A stretch of 64,000 nt of DNA from Candidatus Geothermocultor quzhuomuensis (GTDB lineage Bacteria > Actinomycetota > Aquicultoria > Geothermocultorales > Geothermocultoraceae). Under the pieces are notes generated by a model, which searched no databases, had not been told where the DNA came from, and worked only from the letters and a program-made list of their open reading frames with translations. Position 1 is the first letter of the stretch; each line of letters begins with the position of its first letter. Made by a program: the position numbers and the translations under genes. Below are positions 57,962 through 64,000 of the stretch, in pieces. Location: assembly GCA_015711795.1 (NCBI GenBank), contig JACVJC010000002.1:35649-99648 (forward strand), in the 5' to 3' direction.

Positions 57962-58666
57962 ATGAAAAAATTTCTTGCTGGTGTTCTTGTTTTGCTTCTT
58001 ATTTTTCCAGCCTTAGCTATGGCAGCTGAAGAATCAGGTAAAGAAGCTGTTTTATCTGAATCAATTTCTTTAACCGAGACCTCAGTAGGAGAAACTACTG
58101 AAACAACACAACTACCTAAATCAGCTCTTTCAACTACAGAGACAACTCCTCCTGCTTATGTTATTAGTATTTTCAGCTATCAAATAATTATTGTCCCGCC
58201 AACTCAAGAGGGTGAGTCTGTCTCAATTGGTCTTTTTAAAGTTAGTGAGAGCGGAGAAGGTGAAGAAATTGCTAATTTTACAGTTGGCGGAATTGTTGGT
58301 AAGGCTGTTTCGGCTGCTGCTAGAGCAATAGCCCCTGGTGTTGAGCATGGTAAGGTAGTTAGTGCTTATGTCCATAAAATAAATGAAGAACGAAAGAAAG
58401 CTCGAGAGGAAGCAAAAGAGGAAAAGAAGGAAGAAAAAAAAGAAGCAAAAGAGGAAAAGAGAAAGGAAAAAGAGCTTAGAAAGAGGGAAAGAAAGGAAGA
58501 GACAACTGAGACTGTTCAAGAGGAAGAAGCTGATTCAACGGAAATAATAAAAGGAAAAGTCGAAAAGGAAGGTAAAGTTGAAAAGGAAGGAAAAGGTAAA
58601 GGTGATAAAGGAGGCAAGGGAAAAGATAAAGGCAAAGAAAGCGAGAAAGAGACTGAAGAAGATTAA
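57962..58666 (+). CDS. Secreted hypothetical protein with Lys/Glu-rich tail
   Basis: Signal peptide MKKFLAG...AMA, HGKVVSA motif, highly charged C-terminus; strong SD. Confidence 0.7.
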   Translation: MKKFLAGVLVLLLIFPALAMAAEESGKEAVLSESISLTETSVGETTETTQLPKSALSTTETTPPAYVISIFSYQIIIVPPTQEGESVSIGLFKVSESGEGEEIANFTVGGIVGKAVSAAARAIAPGVEHGKVVSAYVHKINEERKKAREEAKEEKKEEKKEAKEEKRKEKELRKRERKEETTETVQEEEADSTEIIKGKVEKEGKVEKEGKGKGDKGGKGKDKGKESEKETEED

Positions 58667-58690
58667 ATAAGCTGCTTACTTTAAAACTGC

Positions 58691-58718
58691 AAAGCCCTCG
58701 ACCGATCGGGGGCTTTTT
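58691..58718. terminator. Probable bidirectional intrinsic terminator
   Basis: AAAGCCCTCGA-CCGA-TCGGGGGCTTTTT between convergent genes. Confidence 0.8.
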
Positions 58719-59142
58719 ATTCTAAGGAAATAATTCGCGCAATTCTTGAAAGAGGATGACCCTTAGCTTTAATTTCTAGGGAATTAAACCAGCCAAAGGG
58801 GGTTCTCGTTACTTCAAAACCTTTATTTTTTAATTTTATCTCAATTTTTTTTAGGAGATTGAGAGCAGTTTCAGGGCTTGAGAGTTCTCCAAAAAGATGA
58901 GCGAAAGAATGAAGGACTACTTTTTTCACTCCAAGTAGAGCCAAGTGATTTTCGATTTCTTTTACGGTTTTTTCCGCTACCAGTTCAGGATTAGTTTCGT
59001 CTTTTTTCTCGGAACTAGCCAGGATAAGGAGGGCATCAGTGACTTCAGTTACTGGGTTGTCATATTCTTCAATCACTTTCGAGCGCCCTTTTTCCGTTAT
59101 TGTGCATTTAAAATATTCTACATGCCAGCCTAGAAATCTCAT
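58717..59142 (-). CDS. Stand-alone archaeal-type threonyl-tRNA synthetase editing domain
   Basis: MRFLGWHVEYF, EKKD, HSFAHL, LSSP, PFGW, KGHPLS match the tRNA-Thr editing domain pattern. Confidence 0.82.
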   Translation of the reverse strand: MRFLGWHVEYFKCTITEKGRSKVIEEYDNPVTEVTDALLILASSEKKDETNPELVAEKTVKEIENHLALLGVKKVVLHSFAHLFGELSSPETALNLLKKIEIKLKNKGFEVTRTPFGWFNSLEIKAKGHPLSRIARIISLE

Positions 59143-59267
59143 TTTTCACCTTCTTTAACGATATCATAATTGACCTTCTCGAGTAATTCTAGAAGGCATT
59201 TAATAAGCTGAACAGATGGCATGGGAGCAAGTTCTTTGGTAGGATATTTGAGGGGAAATAAAACAAG

Positions 59268-60056
59268 GTGAGTCGCATAGTTAAAGTTTGCTGTGTGCAA
59301 ATGGATATAGCTTTGGGAAAGCCACAAGAAAATCTGGGAAAGACTTTGCGAAAAATTGATGAAGCTAGTAAGGATTCTCCAGATATTATTTGCTTGCCTG
59401 AGCTTTTCACCACAGGTTATTACCTTGAAGAAGCCAATGATTTAGCTGAGCCAATTCCTGGAGCAACAACTGAGGCACTTTCAAAAAAGGCTAAAACCAT
59501 TAACTCTTTTATAATTGCTGGTAGTATCCTAGAAAAAAGTAGCAACGGGATTTATAACACTAGCGTAGTTATTAACCTAGAAGGCAAAACTGTTGGGAAA
59601 TACAGCAAAATTCATCTTTTTCCCCTTTTTAATGAGGACAAGTATTTAAAAGCCGGGAATGAAAGTTTTTGTTTAGATTTAGGGATAGCAAAGATTGGCA
59701 TAATGATTTGCTACGATTTGAGATTTCCCGAACTTGCAAGAAAATTGGCTCTTCAAGATGGAGAAATTCTCTTTATTCCATCAGAGTTTCCTAATCCTCG
59801 CCTTTCCCATTGGCGCCATCTTTTAATTGCTCGGGCAATTGAAAACCAGCTTTTTGTTGTTGGAGTAAATCGAGTTGGAGAAGATGAAAAAACAAGTTAT
59901 TTCGGGCACTCGATGATTGTTAACCCCATGGGAGAAGTTCTTGTAGAAGCAGATGAGAATGAGAAAATTATTTACGCGGAAATAAATTTAGATGAAATAA
60001 AGAGAGTTCGTTCTTCGCTTCCCACCTTGACCGAACGCCGCCCCGAAACTTACTAA
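59268..60056 (+). CDS. Carbon-nitrogen hydrolase (nitrilase/omega-amidase family)
   Basis: LPELF, YSKIHLF, ICYDLRFPE, ARAIENQ. Confidence 0.92.
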   Translation: MSRIVKVCCVQMDIALGKPQENLGKTLRKIDEASKDSPDIICLPELFTTGYYLEEANDLAEPIPGATTEALSKKAKTINSFIIAGSILEKSSNGIYNTSVVINLEGKTVGKYSKIHLFPLFNEDKYLKAGNESFCLDLGIAKIGIMICYDLRFPELARKLALQDGEILFIPSEFPNPRLSHWRHLLIARAIENQLFVVGVNRVGEDEKTSYFGHSMIVNPMGEVLVEADENEKIIYAEINLDEIKRVRSSLPTLTERRPETY

Positions 60057-60129
60057 CTGAAAAGTGATGAGTAAACACTAAACAAGATGAAGAGCTAAAG
60101 TTGAAAGTCACTGATCATGAACAACGAAG

Positions 60130-60843
60130 CTATAAATAAACAAAGAGTTCTTCGAGGGTGGATATCTTGGGGCAGGTGGGGCAATTGGCTTCATTAAATT
60201 TGCCCCAGCGGTTAATTAAGATGGGCTTTAAGCCAACTTTTTCTGCTCCTTCGACATCGGCATACCAGTGGTCACCAACATGAAGAGTTTCTTCAGGAAG
60301 TGAGCCAACTTTTTCTAGACCAAGCTCAAAAATTTTTGGGTCAGGCTTGGCTATTCCAACAGCCGCTGAAGCAAAGATAAATTTAAAATATTTATCAAGT
60401 TTCAAGCCTTGAAAGATATGCTTGAGACGACTATCCCAGTTAGAAATAACTCCAAGCTTGAGACCCCTCTTTCTCATTTTATTTAAAGCTGGAATAACAT
60501 CAGAAAAGGGTCTCCATCTTTCTGGTTTGCCAAATTCTTGGTAAATCAACTTTCCAAAGTAACAGCTATCGCCATCAATTCCCACCAATTCCATCCAGTA
60601 ACGGTACATATCTGTCCAGACACCAGAAGCTCCTTCTTCAGTTTTCCAAAAGCTATCATCACGCCAATAAATTTCTTCGTAGTAATCATTAACTTTAGGA
60701 AGGGTATCTTTTAACCGGCTTAAATCTACTTCTATTTTATGTTTGATTAAAACCTCTCTAGCTACCTCTTCTACAGAGGGGTAGGGAAAAAGTAAAGTAT
60801 TTCCCACATCAAAGAAGATTGCTTTCACTTTATTCAACTCCAA
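60130..60843 (-). CDS. HAD-IA family hydrolase
   Basis: FFDVGNTL, ISNWD, KPDPKIF, HVGD...DVEGA. Confidence 0.9.
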   Translation of the reverse strand: MELNKVKAIFFDVGNTLLFPYPSVEEVAREVLIKHKIEVDLSRLKDTLPKVNDYYEEIYWRDDSFWKTEEGASGVWTDMYRYWMELVGIDGDSCYFGKLIYQEFGKPERWRPFSDVIPALNKMRKRGLKLGVISNWDSRLKHIFQGLKLDKYFKFIFASAAVGIAKPDPKIFELGLEKVGSLPEETLHVGDHWYADVEGAEKVGLKPILINRWGKFNEANCPTCPKISTLEELFVYL

Positions 60844-60862
60844 TCATAAAACTTTCAATTTA

Positions 60863-60884
60863 ATAGTAACTTCGAAGAGTGACA
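60863..60884 (-). promoter_or_regulatory. Candidate PafBC-type promoter (TGTCAC-N10-TACTAT)
   Basis: Minus strand TGTCAC-TCTTCGAAGT-TACTAT in the 46-nt gap between pafC and the HAD gene. Confidence 0.4.
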
Positions 60885-60889
60885 TAAAA

Positions 60890-61858
60890 TTAATCATATC
60901 TTTTTTGTATCCTTTTAAGTTCTTCTAAAAACTTCTTGGTCAAATTAGGTGGTTCAAGAATTTTTGCTCGATCACGATAAGGTAGAACACATTGTTTAAT
61001 TAACCAAGGATAATTATTTCTATTAACTTTTAGTGTTAAAATACACTTCCCATCGGGAAATTCTTCAATTCGGCGCTTACTCCATTTGTCTTTAATTAGC
61101 CAGGCAATCTCTTTACTGTATAGTATTTTAACCGTTACATCATCTGGTGATTCAATATAACTTTGATTAATTAAATTTTCAATCTTTAAATCTTTTGGCT
61201 TCTTAAATTTTTTTTCAGTGGGGGTAAATTCCTTTATTCGGTCAATTCTGAACTTTTTAACAACTTTATCTTGATGACAAAAACCAATCAAATACCAAGT
61301 GCTTCGAGCTAGTACCATTTCGTAAGGGTCAACTTCTCTTTCGGTGATTTGGTCTTTACCTAAACCGTGGTAAACAAGTTTTCCTGTGACATTTTTTTTA
61401 ATGGAATAATCGAGATTTTTTAATATTTCTTCACTAGTGTTAGGTTCGACAGTCATACCAACAAGCTTAAAGTGTTGGTCAACTTGTTTAATTGCTTCAT
61501 GGGAAAGGGCTCCTCTCACTTTATTAATTACACTTTTCATGGAATCGATAAGTTCAAGATTAGATTTTTTAAGGAGCTCTGCTCCCATAAGAATTGCAAC
61601 AGCTTCTGATGAAGAGAGGCTTACAGGCCGGGATAAAAAGTCAGCAAATTTTATTTTTACTTGGTCGTCTTGAATATCAACATCAATTAAATCATAGGGG
61701 GTATATTCAGGTAATCCACAAAGGCTAATTGTTTCCAAAAGATGGAGTATTTTTTTTCGTTCTAACTTAAATTTGCGACAAAGATCGTTAATCTTTACAC
61801 CCTGATGTTGAACAATGTATGGAATTAAAAGTAAAGCTTCTCTTATTTCTTCCACCAA
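60890..61858 (-). CDS. pafC: WYL-domain regulator, PafC-like
   Basis: LLIPYI...LCGLPEYTPYDLIDV N-terminus typical of PafC; REVDPY, WYLIGFC, FRIDRI. Confidence 0.82.
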   Translation of the reverse strand: MVEEIREALLLIPYIVQHQGVKINDLCRKFKLERKKILHLLETISLCGLPEYTPYDLIDVDIQDDQVKIKFADFLSRPVSLSSSEAVAILMGAELLKKSNLELIDSMKSVINKVRGALSHEAIKQVDQHFKLVGMTVEPNTSEEILKNLDYSIKKNVTGKLVYHGLGKDQITEREVDPYEMVLARSTWYLIGFCHQDKVVKKFRIDRIKEFTPTEKKFKKPKDLKIENLINQSYIESPDDVTVKILYSKEIAWLIKDKWSKRRIEEFPDGKCILTLKVNRNNYPWLIKQCVLPYRDRAKILEPPNLTKKFLEELKRIQKRYD

Positions 61859-61863
61859 GTCAC

Positions 61864-62874
61864 CTAATATAAAGATTCAATAGATTTAAGGATTTTTTTC
61901 ATCTCTTTTCTTAAGTGAGTTGGTTCTAAGATTTCAATATCATTTCCCAAGGTTAAAGCAAAATCAATAAAATTTGAGAGGTTAAAAACCCTTACTTTAA
62001 CAGTACTGCTTCCATCAGGAAAATCCTTAAGCTCTAGGCTATTTTTAAAAATTCTCTTAACCCAAAATGATACTTTGGGAGAGAGCCAAACTTTCACTTG
62101 TTCTTCTTCATCTTGCTCATATTCCCAAGGTTGGATATCATGATATTTTTCAGGACGAAAATCTTGAGGAATTTCAAAGTCAGGCTCCACGCTTTTTCTT
62201 GTGATTATTTTTAAATTTCTCATTCGTTCGACTTTATATGTTCTGATGTGTTGATGAAGGTGACAGAATCCAACTAAATACCATGACCATCTTTCGTAAA
62301 AGATATGATAGGGGTCGACCTTCCTTTGGCTGGTTTCTCCTGTTTGAATATAGTAATAGGAAAAAGTAATCCTTTTACGGTTTCTAATTGCTTCGTCGAG
62401 TATTTCAACATATTGAGCAACTCTTTCATGGTAGCGGGAGGAAAAATCAAAGTATCGAGGGAATGACTCTCTTGCCTTTTCTTCATTAATTTCACTTTCA
62501 GGAAAAGTTGAAGATATTTTTAAAAGAGCACTTTCTAAGTTTTCTTGGAATGGATAGCCGCGTTGTTTAGCTAAGAAATAAAATAAGCTTTGTAAAGCAA
62601 TAATTTCTTCAGGGGAAAAGCTAATATCAGGCAAATAGCGTTTTTCTAAAGGAATAAGGTAACCTCTTTCCGATTCTGGAACATTACCAATATAGTCAAT
62701 CTGAATGCCTAATTCAATTAGTTCTTTTTTATCTCGGTGAAACATTTGGTGGAGAGCTTCAAAGGTTTTTCCTTGGTATCCTAAGACTTTGTCTCCAATC
62801 TCTTCTAGCGATACAGGTCTTTTTAAAGAATAAAGGAAGCTGAGGAGATTAAGTTGCCTTTCAATTTTCCTCAT
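61864..62874 (-). CDS. pafB: WYL-domain regulator, PafB-like
   Basis: KIERQLNL...V.GY...MFHRDKKELIELGI N-terminus typical of PafB; RKVDPY, WYLVGFC. Confidence 0.82.
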   Translation of the reverse strand: MRKIERQLNLLSFLYSLKRPVSLEEIGDKVLGYQGKTFEALHQMFHRDKKELIELGIQIDYIGNVPESERGYLIPLEKRYLPDISFSPEEIIALQSLFYFLAKQRGYPFQENLESALLKISSTFPESEINEEKARESFPRYFDFSSRYHERVAQYVEILDEAIRNRKRITFSYYYIQTGETSQRKVDPYHIFYERWSWYLVGFCHLHQHIRTYKVERMRNLKIITRKSVEPDFEIPQDFRPEKYHDIQPWEYEQDEEEQVKVWLSPKVSFWVKRIFKNSLELKDFPDGSSTVKVRVFNLSNFIDFALTLGNDIEILEPTHLRKEMKKILKSIESLY

Positions 62875-63118
62875 TCTTGAAACACCATGCCTTTAATTTT
62901 TAAGATACCATACCTATTTTTATTTTTCTATTAGGTTTTCTTAAGGTGTTTAATTAAGATATGTTAAGAAATAAAAAGAGGGAAGGGCTTTAGATCTCTT
63001 ATTTATTGAAAGAATTAAAACTTCATCGTCTTTAAATAGAAGTTGTTGAGAAAGCCAAAATATGTAAAAATATATCAGTATTATTTAAGATGAAAGTTAA
63101 AATTGGAAGGAGATAGGT

Positions 63119-63343
63119 TTGCTGACAGTAGTAATTGTAATTCATATTTTAGTTTGTCTCGGTTTGATTGTGGCGATTTTGCTTCATTCGGGGAAAGGAA
63201 GTGGGCTTTCTCCTTCCATTTCAGGTAGCTTGTCAACTTTTGCTGGAACAACTCTCATTGAAAAGTATCTTGACCGAATTACCATTGGTTTATCAATTGT
63301 CTTTGCCGTCACAACCATTATTTTGGTCATTTACTTAAAATAA
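63119..63343 (+). CDS. secG: Preprotein translocase subunit SecG
   Basis: Two TM helices, ILLHSGKGSGLS, EKYLDRIT. Confidence 0.92.
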   Translation: MLTVVIVIHILVCLGLIVAILLHSGKGSGLSPSISGSLSTFAGTTLIEKYLDRITIGLSIVFAVTTIILVIYLK

Positions 63344-63396
63344 TTTTAAAAAGCCAAAAATTTAAAAAGCTGTTAATTGAAGCGGAGTTTAATTTT

Positions 63397-64000
63397 TTGA
63401 AAAAAAATTCTCTATGGTTAACAATCTTTATAATTACTGCTTTATCAGTCTCTGTTGTCGCTGGCTGCCAAAGGAAGGAAAAACTCTCCAGGGAATCTTT
63501 AACTGAGGGAAAACCTGTTAAAGGGGGCCAAATTATCTATGGAATGCTTGAGGAACCTGATAAACTTGACCCCTATAGCTCTCAAATGCTTTCTTCCGCT
63601 AATGTTTGCAACCTTTGCTTTGATGGCTTAATTAAGGTTGATAATGAGTCAAGGGTAATTTCCTGGTTGGCTGAAGAGGTTCCGACCATTGCTAATGGGG
63701 GAATATCGGAAGACGGCTTAACCATTACTTATAAACTTAAAAAGGCTATCAAGTGGCAAGATGGCAAGCCTTTAACTTCGGGTGATGTCAAGTTTACCTG
63801 GGAGGTAATAATGGGTAAGCATGGCAAATACACCCCTGTTACAACAATTGGCTATGATAGGGTGGAATTAGTTAAAACTCCAGATGAAAGGACGGTTATT
63901 TTTCATCTCAAAGAAGTTTATGCTCCTTTTGTTAATACCCTTTTTCAATTTGCGATTTTCCCAAAGCACCTTTTAGAAAAATCTCAAGACCTCAATAAAG
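63397..64000 (+). CDS. Peptide/nickel ABC transporter substrate-binding lipoprotein (family 5), runs off the right edge
   Basis: MKKNSLWL...VAGC lipobox, KGG, EEPDKLDP, FDGL, LAEEVP, KWQDGKPLTSGDVKFTW; no stop before the window end. Confidence 0.88.
   Translation, partial: MKKNSLWLTIFIITALSVSVVAGCQRKEKLSRESLTEGKPVKGGQIIYGMLEEPDKLDPYSSQMLSSANVCNLCFDGLIKVDNESRVISWLAEEVPTIANGGISEDGLTITYKLKKAIKWQDGKPLTSGDVKFTWEVIMGKHGKYTPVTTIGYDRVELVKTPDERTVIFHLKEVYAPFVNTLFQFAIFPKHLLEKSQDLNK

Noticed and set aside
588-62495. Many 60-117-aa ORFs in the track that overlap long genes
   Set aside because: Antisense or alternate-frame shadows of well-supported CDSs with no independent motifs.
60890-62874. WYL pair as regulators of an anti-phage island
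   Set aside because: The N-termini match PafB and PafC, and the neighbours (HAD, secG) are not defence genes.

Overview
AT-rich (roughly 35% GC by eye), gene-dense chromosomal segment of an anaerobic bacterium. PafB/PafC-like WYL regulators, a zinc-ribbon/RNase H pair and CWB2 proteins suggest a deep-branching low-GC Actinomycetota lineage (inference). Left part: recG-rsmD-coaD-yceD-rpmF, an ADP-forming acyl-CoA synthetase with a DRTGG partner, rplS-lepB, then a type II fatty-acid operon, rnc, smc and ftsY. That operon has an acyl-CoA dehydrogenase/EtfB/ferredoxin-EtfA module inserted between fabH and fabD and a FabX-like Fe-S flavoprotein, but no recognisable fabI, fabZ or plsX. Middle: a large GGDEF-NTPase-HEAT protein, the M20-DUF3866-nudF-xerD-deoB-pdp block interrupted by an orphan kinase and a CWB2 remnant, cysteine synthase, a short thymidylate synthase and a rubredoxin-FprA-desulfoferrodoxin operon. 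Right part: an RNase HI-QueD fusion, a 180-nt 6S-like RNA, a c-di-GMP-II riboswitch before a subtilase, rnpB, a vapBC pair, two radical SAM genes, surface proteins, a stand-alone ThrRS editing domain, pafBC, secG and a peptide-binding lipoprotein cut by the edge. No CRISPR array, tRNA, rRNA or intact IS was seen. Best leads: Bcd-Etf embedded in FAS II, promoter-driven small RNAs with anti-Shine-Dalgarno tracts, the RNase H-QueD fusion, and candidate PafBC promoters. All calls are by-eye recognition; no database searches were run.
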